Shown: in pieces, positions 1-11,215 of the stretch
Layout: every line of letters begins with the position of its first letter
Numbering within the stretch: position 1 is the stretch's first letter
The notes under the pieces: model-generated
The model's database searches: none
The model's input: only the letters and a program-made list of their open reading frames with translations
Told to the model about the DNA's origin: nothing
Made by a program: the position numbers and the translations under genes
Source: Glycera tridactyla
Lineage: Eukaryota
Direction of reading: 5' to 3'
NCBI GenBank assembly: GCA_965644265.1
Contig: OZ286476.1
Location: 22,444,001-22,508,000 of the forward strand
DNA length: 64,000 bases

Positions 1-200
1 GGTAGGTTGGTCGTGTAGATGATAGGTTGGCAGAAGGGTAGGTTGGTAGGTAGGTGGGTTGATAGATGGGTAGGTAGGTTGGTGGGTAGGTAGGTAGGTA
101 GGTAGGTAGGTAGGGAGATGGGTAGTCAGGTGGGCAGGGAGGTAGGTAGTGGGTAGATAGATAGGTAGGCATGTAGATAGGTAGGCAGGTAGGTAGGGAG
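1..200. repeat. (GGTA)n-type tetranucleotide microsatellite
   Basis: Degenerate GGTA/GGTT/GATA repeats at the start of the window. Confidence 0.9.
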
Positions 201-538
201 AGAGGTATTCCAAATGATGGGAAGTAGAAAGGCCAACGTGCATATTTATGAGTGAGCCCTATATTGTACCATTGCTGCCCGGATTTCCATTATTGCACCT
301 TAATCTGATAATTTACCTACATTATTGAGCACCACTTTCGCCATAACACTTATCATAATGACTATTTTCATCATTCTGCCTCGTTGAATCATCCTGACCA
401 TGTCTCGCAAATGTAACGTTACTGTAGCTGATATTACTTCACAGATTACTGCCGCTACAATAATGCTAATGCATCTAATGTTGGTATTGTTATTTTCATA
501 CCATCAAGGGTATATCATGCACGAACACGCTATTCTGG

Positions 539-1080
539 TTATTCAGATTCAGATTCAGAATTCTTTATTGCGTGAGAAGTATATACAATATTCACACGTG
601 ATCAAAATTGGTCGTACGACGTGCTTATGCAAACATGTAGTTAGTAGCAGCAAAGACGATACTATCATTCACAATAAAAAATTGAAAACGTGTCATACAT
701 ACTCAATAGAACACAAAAAATCATTCAGATACACTCTGTGTATTCTACTCAAGCAGACACTAAACCTAGAGAAAAACTGCCTACATGAAAAGCTATTGCC
801 ACCTTCGGGTCAGAGATCTCGATCGATTCAAACTAGCACAATAATAAAACTAGGCATGTATGCCGAAAAAAAGGATGCCTGGTAACACGTCACCTCTGCT
901 TGTGATTGTGAGAGAAATTAATTCGAAAGTCCGGCCATTAAAGTGGGCGTCACATTCATCCAGTCCATCAGCTGCTCATTGTATCTAAATGGCCAGGATA
1001 GGGAAATCTTACTCTCAAAACCCAATCATTAAACATGTGAATTTCACTCATGAATCACTAAATTATACAATCAAATGCTT
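539..1080 (-). mobile_element. Possible 3' fragment of a LINE
   Basis: The minus strand ends in AATAAAGAATT followed by (CTGAAT)3, a typical short-repeat LINE tail. No RT motif was recognised and the 5' limit is uncertain. Confidence 0.35.
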
Positions 1081-1259
1081 TAATGCCTCCCAAGATTGAA
1101 ATGCTCCAATGTATATCTATGATGTGCAATTGAACATCAGTTCAAAATGAAATAAAGTAAAATAAGATAGAAGGTAGAGAGTATTCATATCATCAGCAGT
1201 ATCAAACCTGATAGAGAGTCAACATCGATCATGAACTGGCAGGAAAACTCTTTAAGTAG

Positions 1260-1990
1260 GAGCCATTTTCATGACAAGTAGACCCATTAGGAGCTTTCCA
1301 AGTGAACTATTCAAAGCAGACAGGCCTTCACAACAACCCTTCCAGATTTCATAGGAATCAAAGCAGGTTATCATCATCAATTGGCTGCTTGAAAAAAGTT
1401 CAAAAATTTGTGCCATTTTTTGTCATCTAAACTGCAGTCCCAAACGAGAGTGGTAAGTAGAAGAATGCCCGCAATGCAGGCATCCTCAAGTACAGTCATG
1501 ACGATTTCAAATTCGGTAAAGCCATTTCAGTCATCTTCTTTCCTGAACAGATTGATGCTGTATTGCTCTTGATTTTCTCAATTTTTCTCATAATTTTCAG
1601 ACTTCTATGGGGACCCGGAGGTTCAGGTCATGGCTGGCACATGGGCGTATCAATGTAGCCGAGATAGTTCTCATGGGGTGTAAACAACCAACGAATCACT
1701 CCTGATAATGACATTTACTTATCATGTATTACATCTAGGAAATGACTACTGAAATGACTACTGAATGTGGTTGCTAATGATCATGGTGACAGGCACTTAG
1801 CAGGGCGTATATCACCTGGACAAGTATAATTTACTCAGGTGTTTTACGATGCAAAGGTGAGCCAGGTTACAGGTGGGGATGTTACTGTGATGAATGGACG
1901 ACGTCCAACAGGCTCTCAGTGCTAGACCGAGTTACCCCTTCGGATTAGTTCTCATCAATGATATCTCCGCTGCTTGTCATGAGCATGAAC
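1260..1990 (+). pseudogene. LRR/TIR-like gene remnant
   Basis: Plus-strand fragments RSFPSELF and GLHNNP (LRR-like). 1790-1930 is homologous to the TIR-like segments at 25350-25500 and 49140-49300 (SNRLSVL vs SPKRLSVL). Confidence 0.3.
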
Positions 1991-2010
1991 TTTGAGACTA
2001 CATCTAGTTG

Positions 2011-2011
<1 letters not shown>

Positions 2012-2074
<63 letters not shown>
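2012..2074. repeat. (GAT)n microsatellite
   Basis: About 21 perfect GAT units. Confidence 0.95.
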
Positions 2075-2075
<1 letters not shown>

Positions 2076-3508
2076 TGCTGGATGCATGCTGACATTGTGC
2101 AAGATGATGTCCTCCCACTGTAGGATTCTACAATGAAATATGATTATTATCAACATATGCTATTAACCGACATACAGTATGTTGGTTTCTTTTGATCCTG
2201 CATTGCGACAACTTTGATTACCTTGTTGCTAGATTCAGCCAAATTGTGGTAGACTGAAATATCACCTTAATTGGATGTGTAAAGCATTGAAACAGTGTAT
2301 TTTGCTTCCTCTCTTTATTTATGATATCCTGTTGTTCTCACACAAGTGAAATTGCGAACATCAGCTCAACTACCATGAGTGATTCGTTGTTTGGTTTCTT
2401 CTATTGTCCTATCAGCAACATTTTGACTGGATCGAGATGTGTATGTAATGGGCATGGATGGGGTCATTTAAAACTTAGAAGTTGGATTTCACCAGGGTTT
2501 TAAGAACGGTGAGTTTCATAGTTGATGAACATGAAATCAAACATCTGTCAAAGCTCACACAAGTGGCTTGATGATGCAATCTGAATCAGCCAGTTCCTTC
2601 CGGCAATACTGTCATCTCTGATAATTTCAATCACACACTGATGCCAGAGCACTCTGAATATTTCATCACAATCAGTGCCAAACAGATGCACTAATGAGCA
2701 AGCATCAGCTCAGTAATTCGGAGAGCGATCGATGTGAATATATATGCTAAATGAGACATAATTTGGAGGAGGCTGCTGTGATGGATCATGTAGGTTTGTG
2801 ATGAAGATCCGAAATCCCTCTATCCCTACTACATTTCCAAGTTGAATGATTCCCTGAGATTCGAGTCTTTCAATATGATTGATTCTTGTCATGGTGATTA
2901 GTGTATTGGTTATCCACATATTCCTAATCCAGCTGACTATTCAGTTTAACATAACACTAGAGTGAGACTCATGAAAACACAAAACAATATATCATTATAT
3001 TTACAAATTGTATCTATTGTGTCCATTGGGTTGACACATCAGACATTTCAAATGCATGGATATCTCCTTTTACTAACCTGTTGCTGTTACCAGGTACTAA
3101 AACCATATATAAACGATGTCCTGGAGAAGGTTGCTTCATGCGGCCAATTGCCACTTTCGTTTTCAAATAAAGCTTCTTATACCTTATTCTTATTATCCCC
3201 GCTTGACATTTTCAGAATTCAGGACGGCTGCCAAGATGGCCATCAAATCACGTCATTGGCTCTAACTTTTGAGCCATACCACATAGATTCATCATTTTGG
3301 TATCCAGGATGGGGATTTCTGGGTTGGGGGGGGGGGGGGGTCTATTTCTGGTGTTCAGATAATCACTCAACCAGCCCACATGGTCAGATCTGAGGGGGCA
3401 CCCAGGAAGGTGACCAACATGTTCGTAGAATTTCAAATGCATACATATAATAATTTTGTTCAACAGTCTCTTGTGATCGTTTGAGATAGTCATATACCAT
3501 CAATGAAC

Positions 3509-3968
3509 TAGTGTTCGGACTCGGTGCCGGAAACCAGGATCGATTAATCAGCTTGATGAGTGAGTGATGATCGATCTCGGATCGGTCTTTTCCCAGAGAC
3601 TTTCAGAGTGGAAAACCCTGTGTTGGGAGGATCTTAAGATTATAAGAATGTATGATTCATGTGGTTCTAATGGTAATTTTGAAGCAGCAGCTGATAATAG
3701 ACTAGTGAAAATTAGTCTCGACATGTTGGAATTAGACTGTCACCTGCCAGAGTGCTCATACCCAGACATCAGTCTTTGTATGGCCTGCATCCACCAAATA
3801 TTCATCGAATTTTCATGATTTCTTCCTTTCTATAGAGTTGAGAAGAAATGGCGCCTCTCAGCTAATTTATGTGATTTATAAGCGATCTCAAAAATGGCAG
3901 CCGATTAATCGGATCGGTACCCCAAATCGCCGATTAAATCGATCTTCGCATCGATCGACGGAACTCTA
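3509..3968. mobile_element. Non-autonomous hAT-type MITE (460 bp)
   Basis: Perfect 8-bp TSD CAATGAAC (3501-3508, 3969-3976). Imperfect TIR TAGTGTTCGG / TAGAGTTCCG (reverse complement). CGATC/GATCG-rich subterminal repeats at both ends. Confidence 0.8.
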
Positions 3969-4479
3969 CAATGAACACAGAAGATATGGCCCCATGAAAG
4001 TCTATGTTGGTCAGTGTGTAACAATAATCTGATCTAGGGTGTCGTTCGATGCATGTGAAACGAGAGATATTCTCGCTCCCCAATGCTGTGTGTACTGTTA
4101 TTGTACATGACTTTTTTGTGATAAACTATTGTACATAACTTATTCGTAATATATCTTTCACTTTTGCTATATCGGAATAGAAATAATATAGTTTTGGCTC
4201 TAGTATTTGTAGATATTTTTGTTATTTCATCATCTGATGTATATACTTTAGTAGTTGAATTACCAACGTATTCAAGAACCTACTAACTGGCCGCGGGAGA
4301 AAGCTCTTTGAGCTAATTGCGGTTGAATGTCCATAGGTTGCATGGTACCAGACAGATATTTATCGCCTTCTTTATTTTTCCCTTTCCTTAATCTGAACTG
4401 CTTCTTGGTCGTTCTGTTCCACCTTTTTTAATTGACCATTTGCTTAGTTGAGTATTTCAATTATGTATTACTGTTATCT

Positions 4480-5790
4480 CGATTCCTTTTACTCACGCCA
4501 GGGATATGGGCTGCGCACCCCACTATGCGAGTTCGTTCTGAATGGATAAATATGAAAAAGGCACATAGTGTCTCCTCTATATGTATTGGATCTGATATGC
4601 GTCTCCTTTCACAGATAAAGTCTGGTTATCCTCGTACTTTCGTATGTTTGGCTATACCCTACTTGATACCAGTGGTCGAACATGTGAATCACGCGAGGGG
4701 AATATAAAAAATATAGTATTGTAGACAGCGAATCCAAGGTTTGAAGTATCGGGAGGAGGGATGGGTTGCTTTGCTAAGGGAACTTCGCAACTCGATTGTA
4801 TGCAGAATGCAGTTGCCAGTCTCCAATTGGATTGCATATTTGATTTCCCTATTGGGATGAAAGGACAACTTATGATGTTGGCTCTGATTGAATCAGAATC
4901 TGCATATTCATGGCAGCTGGAGGTCTTTCCAGAGATGGTATGTGAAAAAATATCACCTGATCATAGAGATGCGTTGCCTCATGAGCGTGCATTCTGAAGA
5001 TGTGTGATTCCACTCTCATCTGAATTTGTGAAGCGATGATCTTCCATGAGTTACATTTAAAAACAAACACTCAAGCCATTACAAAAGAAGCCTCTGGACG
5101 AGAAAGACCATCATCAGGGATGACCTCTTCCTTCTCTGAATGATTTTTCGTTTTATGCTTTATTTCAATTCGTCTTGGCATCATATACAGCTATCTACAT
5201 AAATGTACGAGGCGCACTCCTGATGAGGAGCGTTCCCAGTTAGACGAAATGGGGCAAAACAAGTGAAGGTGGGGTGGAGCTCAAACCTCAGATGGAGTTG
5301 AACCAGCATCGTATCCAATACGCCTGAAATCGAGCTGGAAAGAGATATGTTGTAATGTCAATATGAAGTGTGGAATTGTCATTAAGTGATGTTGGTGAAT
5401 GTTATTAGTCATCCAGTCCGATTTCCATGTAGAGAATAAATCAATAAACTGGAAAGAAACCCACAACGATTGTAACGTTTTGGCTGAAACCCTCAGCCTT
5501 GAAAGACAACGCACTCTATGAGCTGTCACTTGAGAGGGGGATTACGTTTCTCGCTGAGCAGGAGCTGGGACCAGGCGCTACGAGGGGTTCCCCGTCGTCT
5601 CTCACCTGACAGCTCGTAGAGTGCATTGTCTGTCGAAGGCCGAAGGTTTCGGCCACAACGTTGCAACCGTTGTGGGTTTCTTTCCAGTTTTTTTTTCTTA
5701 TTTTCTTCATGTCATTAAGTGATGTACAACCATTTTCGTTCAATCATCTGACAAGCAGCAGCTAGATGACCAGCAATGTTCGACCCTGCC
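4480..5790 (+). pseudogene. TLR-like pseudogene remnant (LRR, LRRCT, TM, TIR)
   Basis: One stop-interrupted plus frame holds LYVLDL (4577-4594), AECSC (4802-4816) and a hydrophobic FFVLCFISIRLGIIYSYLHK (from 5144). ELKPQME / RYVVMS (TIR-like) follow after a frameshift. Confidence 0.6.
5393..5709. mobile_element. 317-bp foldback insertion with PLE-type hammerhead-like arms
   Basis: 16-bp direct repeat TGTCATTAAGTGATGT (5377-5392, 5710-5725). Inverted arms 5447-5536 / 5599-5689. Absent from the paralogous site near 27370. Confidence 0.75.
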
Positions 5791-5899
5791 GGGAGTGATA
5801 TTATTGATCAGGGTAAATACCATCAATCTTCAGCTGACAAAAACATGTACCCCGAGAACAGCTGCATTATTAGTCTTCATTCTGATAAGCTTGGTTCTG

Positions 5900-6005
5900 T
5901 CTCCATGACATAGACAATGCTCTTGATGACATTAGCATGTTATATGACCCAGGTAGTCTCATTTCTTTTGCTGAATAAAGATTTACTTACTTACTTACTT
6001 ACTTA
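5900..6005 (+). mobile_element. Short retroelement 3' end
   Basis: AATAAAGAT followed by a (TTAC)n tail. The 5' limit is uncertain. Confidence 0.4.
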
Positions 6006-6539
6006 ACTTCATGATTATATTACAAATGCATCGTCATTGATGCCACAGTCTGAAATAATACCGTGATGGTTTATTTTATATCACTACATCATAAGCTCAG
6101 AGGGAGGAGTCTTGAAGGATCCCATTCATGCCCATTGCATGAGTGTCTCGTCACATTATGATACTTGGCATGAAGTGAGGTTAAACCAGATCTAATCAAC
6201 CAACCGACCCACCAACCAACCAACTGGGATCAAAGCCTTCATCATGATAAGCTTCCCGATTACAGGATACTGTGGCCATGGTAGAGTCTACCCCCATGAT
6301 CACATCGCAGGTACGATGTGATCAATACTATCGCTGATAAACTGGCATACATTCAAGAAAGTATCATTTTAGCAAATGTGATTATCATGGTTTAACTCAG
6401 AATAGATTGTCTATTTCGATTTCAGGTTTATACACTGCCATTACTGTTTCCCTCAGCTAAACCCTGAGCTCCATACTGGCCTGAAATCAATCCGCTTTCA
6501 ACCAAAAAAGAACCAAGGGGTTGTCCCTGTAAGGTGGAA

Positions 6540-7620
6540 TGTAACAAAGAGCGCTATAGATTCCCAGATTCAGTGGTGGGTCTGGGGAAAATGTCCATTA
6601 GTGCGTAAGCCTGGGTGTATTGACGGATAACAAATGAGTTTCCTAGTGATATGAATTAGAACATCATGGATATAGAGAGAAAAAACTCAGTGAAATCAGT
6701 GGAAAACATCGAAACAATCTTGCCGAATGAGACATTCGAGCTACCAGTGTTGAAAGTTATCAGTCGATCTAGAATGAAATAACTCCATGACATTTGACGA
6801 TCACTGGGTGGATTGCAGATGAACACATTGGCATTCCCAGTGGGCACAATGAGTTATGACATCTCATCCAATTAATTTGTTTTTGGAAGTTTGTTTGCAT
6901 TCAAACAAGGTCAAAAACAGCCATGTGACTGGGGACCATACTTATCAAATTTCTCATCATCATAATGAACTTCTCCTAGGAAGGATAATTCTTGGTAGAG
7001 AATTCTTGTTTACGTAAAACCTTTTTCAAAACCGTCATTGAAAAGAAAAGTTGGATTGGTTTGGTCACATGTTGCATTCACGTGACTACACAAGAGGAAC
7101 AAGTCACGATCTCAATTGTGGATTTTTTCAGGGTTGTTATTCACTCTTCACCGTATGCAATTATCAAACTTGTGAAACGAGTGAAACTTGTACACTCTCC
7201 AGTTAGGTTACCATAACATACATTTATTTGTCAGGTGATAATTTTTTTTCTCATCTACATCGTTATAGGTGAGTGTCGTTCTCATATCTAATTGGAGTTA
7301 ATTCGTGAGTATGAATTCAATTCGAAATGTCTCTTGAGATTCTCAAATTATGGTCATTATTTATGTAGTGCTCATGGTATTGCAGGTGGCTTACATATCT
7401 ACCTCCTCTTCAAGTGCTTATAATGAATTTCCATGCATGTGAGACTACACAGTATGGGTGCTCAATGGTCAGTTCCACTTTTGGTGAAAGCCCAAATATT
7501 CAGAGATCCCTTAAGAGAATATGTATTCAGAAACACAATACTGCAGACAGATGGAGCAGAACTTATAATTGCACCGTAGCAATCCAGCTCTCATGGACGA
7601 TGCACATGGCGTCATAACCA
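6540..7620 (+). pseudogene. LRR gene remnant
   Basis: Same-frame LxxLxL motifs SLEILKL (7330-7350) and WLTYLPPLQVLIMNF (7387-7431), then TFGESPNIQRSLKR. The diverged paralog near 36950 keeps SWFCKWLSNLPS. Confidence 0.45.
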
Positions 7621-8300
7621 ACAGCATTCTGGTTTGGATTAGTTTGGTTTGGTTGACTGTTTTGACCGATCTCAGTCCAGTACCACTGTCAGTGCCTGAA
7701 GATGCTGATCTTCCCAGTGCTGCTGTTAGCTATTCATGGGTGACAGGTCTAATCTTGGCAAGGTGCAAGCCTCCACCTGTGATTGAATTTTGAACCTCCT
7801 CTTTTGTGCCTGCATGTGTGTTTGCTCAGAAGGGGTAATGATGTAGCTGGTTTTTGTAGTCACTTATTATTGGGCCACTGCTGACCTAGGACCATTGTTT
7901 TCAGTTCCCAGATAGGTGCTCACACCATCACCCAGCCCTGGTGGTGTGTAGCTCCTGCCTTTTCCCATGTTTTGAGCTCAACTCTGGGGGCCCAAACCAC
8001 GCATGTAGTCTGTGACCATTAGTGTTGTGTATGTTCACCTATAAGGGTACTCACTGCATCCTCACACCCCAGCCATAGTCATCCATCCCACGACTAGCTG
8101 CAACACTAGCTGTTCTATATTTGGGTCAAGTGTTAAGACGCTACCACTCCACCATGCGGGTACCCTATAACAATCCTTGTCTAACATTGGTGGTATACTT
8201 TGATCAATAAGGCACTACAGATGGTAGTGTTCATGAATCTGTTTACTTCCTTGGTGGTATCACACCCGTCATCCACTCATATATGGATTGCATCTCAAAT
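7620..8300. repeat. Unclassified dispersed repeat (copies also at ~28540-29170 and ~49550-50030)
   Basis: Shared blocks such as CACCCAGCCCTGGTGGTGTGTAGC and ACTGCATCCTCACACCCCAGC in all three copies. Confidence 0.7.
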
Positions 8301-8304
8301 TGTT

Positions 8305-8575
8305 GCTGAAATTAAAAGTAGGTGCTAGAACTCAATCTCAAACAATGCCTGAAATGAGAATGACGTACTGAAACCCTATCTCAAATGTTATTCCAAATAC
8401 CAAGTAGGGGCTCAAACTATCACTATTGCTCCTGAAAGTGCAAAATAAATACCCAAACTAAAGCTCGATATGTGCTCAAAATGCGAAGGAGGTACCCAAA
8501 CACAATCTCGATTGTTTCTGAAAAAGAAAGGTGGAAACGCAAACCCAAGTTAAAATTGACATCATAAGCAGAAAA
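8305..8575. repeat. Degenerate ~39-bp minisatellite
   Basis: Recurring GAAAT..AAGTAGGT.CTC.AAC.CAATCTCAA units. Paralogs at ~29285-29610 and ~37385-37470. Confidence 0.55.
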
Positions 8576-8729
8576 TACTTCAGTAGGCAGTAAAGGCTAA
8601 CAGATGGCTTATGGGCAATTTTAGGACATAATGATGGAGGAGCACTAATTCTTTGTGATCAATTATGGTGTGTGATAACAACCACTGTGATAATAAACAC
8701 TGATGATCAACAAAAAGCGATGTTGCAGT

Positions 8730-10540
8730 TATCGAGATATATCCACATCCTCTTTATTTCCACAGCACTACCATGGTAACTGCACCCACAAAAACCATAA
8801 CATCAGCCAAGTGCCTATTAATGTATTAGATTGCCTCATGTTTTGCCTATAACCCAATCCTACATATACCTCTGCTGCTACTACTCATATAGCTGCTTGG
8901 ACAGCCAATGGTCTAAACACTCATATTGCATCAAAACCCATTCTCATTATTACTATGGTCAATGCAATAAAATCACGGTTCCTGTTTCTCCATAATTGTT
9001 TGCTTCGGATTCCTGAGAGCATTACCTACAGGGAACAAAACATCAAGCTTTCATAGATCAAGAAACACATGACAAACATAATCCTATGGTATGATACATC
9101 ATCATGGTTATCATACTCTTCATAATTTTATTCCTATACTTCTTGGACTTTTTCACCCTTACAAACATCGTCATTATTGCTGTCAATTTTGCCACTGCCT
9201 TCATTATCGTCATCATAGTTGTAATCCTCATAATTGCCCTTCTTCTTCTCGGGTCTGTGCCTATATCTGTAACTTGTCATCAATGATCTTGTTAGGCATG
9301 TTTGTAGTAGGATATGACGTAGTTGAATAAGAAAGAATGCCCATGAGTGCTGGTAGTGTTGATCAGGCACAATGGGGTGTGGCCTTCTGAGGTAGAACTA
9401 ATAGTCTACTGGTGTCTAAATATACATTATGGCTCACTCACAGCTCAGCCCTTGCTCATCTCTACACCATAAACTTTGTGAGCAAGTCTCACTACCTGTG
9501 GTGATGAATACCGATCAAAGTTTCTTCGACCTTCTCCGATTGGTATTTTTCGTATCGTCAAAGACACCAATAGAGCTATCTACGAGAGAAATGCTAACAG
9601 CATTGATTGAATACAAATGTAAATGTCAGCACCGACTGAGAGACAAGGCAACAAGGATCTGTGATATCGTTCTGTTGCTCCCCTCAGGCCTCTCCTCTGC
9701 CCTCTGATCCGCCGATCTCTCTCTTGCTATTTCTCTCTCTCTGTCTCTGTCTCTCTTTCTGGCTCTGTCTCGCTCTCTATCTGTCTCTTTTGTTTGTCTT
9801 TCCCACATTTCGCACAAGCTACTATGAATGTCACGGATATATGTACTGACATCTGCCTGGAGGAATTAAATTGCTGCGATTTGAGCAGCCAGACACAAAC
9901 ATATAGAACTAAGCATTCTGGGTTGATTTCGCAGCATTGCTGCTTCAACGTCAATCCTGCTTATAGCACCATGTGAGCCAAGATTTCGATAGGGCTTAAG
10001 CATGTCACCTATCATGGATTTCGATTAGGCACTGCCATAAGGAAATATCAATTCTGTCATCTTATGTGGCGCTGGACCATCCACCATATGATTTCGATCC
10101 CATCTGGAGAAACGCAGTCAAACCGTATCACATGGATCAGAGACAAGTATGTGGCAAAGAGATGGGGATGAGAGCGAGAAATATGCTTAGTATTCGAGTG
10201 TTTCGAGTATTCCAGTAACCTACATGGTATACTGACATAGTAGCCACCTTCTTGGAGATTCTCCATTTTGATGAATTTATATACTTCTAACTACGTGTTC
10301 TCTTCCATCTTCTAGTTTGCTGAGAAAGATATAGCCTGAGTTTACATAAAGATGTAATAGAGGGTATTGGGGTCATCTGTGCTTGTGATCTAGTTGTTTG
10401 GGTTCTTTCCCTCCAGTACAAGATACATGTTCACTCGGACTCTAATCTGGTACTCACATCGAGTCATCCATCACATGGAGGAACCAAACCATCTTGGCAT
10501 TACCCCTAAGCCGAATGGATCTTGCTCACAAACAATCTTG
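8730..10540 (+). pseudogene. LRR gene remnant (LRRNT to LRRCT)
   Basis: GNCTHKNHNISQVP (LRRNT-like), AYNPILHIP, TLILHQNPF (LxLxxN), and LRRCT-like ICACDLVVW at 10375-10401. Confidence 0.55.
9705..9800. repeat. (CT)n/(CTGT)n low-complexity microsatellite
   Basis: CT-rich degenerate run. The paralogous position in copy B is an N gap. Confidence 0.8.
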
Positions 10541-10544
10541 AAAG

Positions 10545-10628
10545 GTTGATGATGCTGATGATGATGGTGATGATAATGCTAATGCTGCTGCTGATGATGA
10601 TGTTGATAGATGACAATGATGATGCTGA
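10545..10628. repeat. Degenerate (GAT/GCT)n microsatellite
   Basis: Trinucleotide run. The paralogous position in copy B is an N gap (31829-32013). Confidence 0.85.
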
Positions 10629-11215
10629 TAATTGTATCAGAGATGGACCTGAATCCTATCCTCCCATACGAAGAGCTCATCGCCAGTACATGGTGGAAAT
10701 GGCTCAACCAAATATAATGAGATCAGTGACAAGAAGCTGACCTTCAGATGCTGTTGCTCTGCCCCAAATGTAACATCCTTCCAACTCTAATCAAGTTCCA
10801 TTCCAACCTGATGTATGATAGCCTAAAATTTAGATTGGATGTGTAATTGCAAAGTATTTTTGACCTCGCCTGAAGAACTTCTGCATCAGATGTACCAAAG
10901 CCAGCATGTTCGATTATTCTTATAGCGGTGTATTTACATCACATATATAGATAATTACAATATTGCCACTATTTTGCAGATGGTAAGGATGATAGACAAT
11001 ATTCATGATATCAGACATTTTTCATAGTTTCATGACAAATACCAAATCATCCCACTTTATGGAACGGAACGGCGCCGATCATACCCATCCTTCCTCTCGT
11101 GAATTCATCCACACACTGATATGGCTTTTACCACTGCCAAACAAACGCACCGGACAAATCATCATCCAGAAAATAAATATCTCCATTGAGAGATGTGGAT
11201 ATGTTATTCATCGGA

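Noticed and set aside
400-885. 161-aa ORF as a host gene
   Set aside because: No recognisable domain, and it overlaps a probable minus-strand LINE tail.
5220-5249. CTGATGA...GAAA hammerhead candidate
   Set aside because: The intervening sequence cannot form stem II, and no stem I/III pairing was found.
9091-9370. Hydrophobic membrane-peptide or acidic ORFs (also 30138-30365)
   Set aside because: Best explained by a decayed ATC/ATT trinucleotide-rich tract. No family motif, and the frames differ between paralogs.
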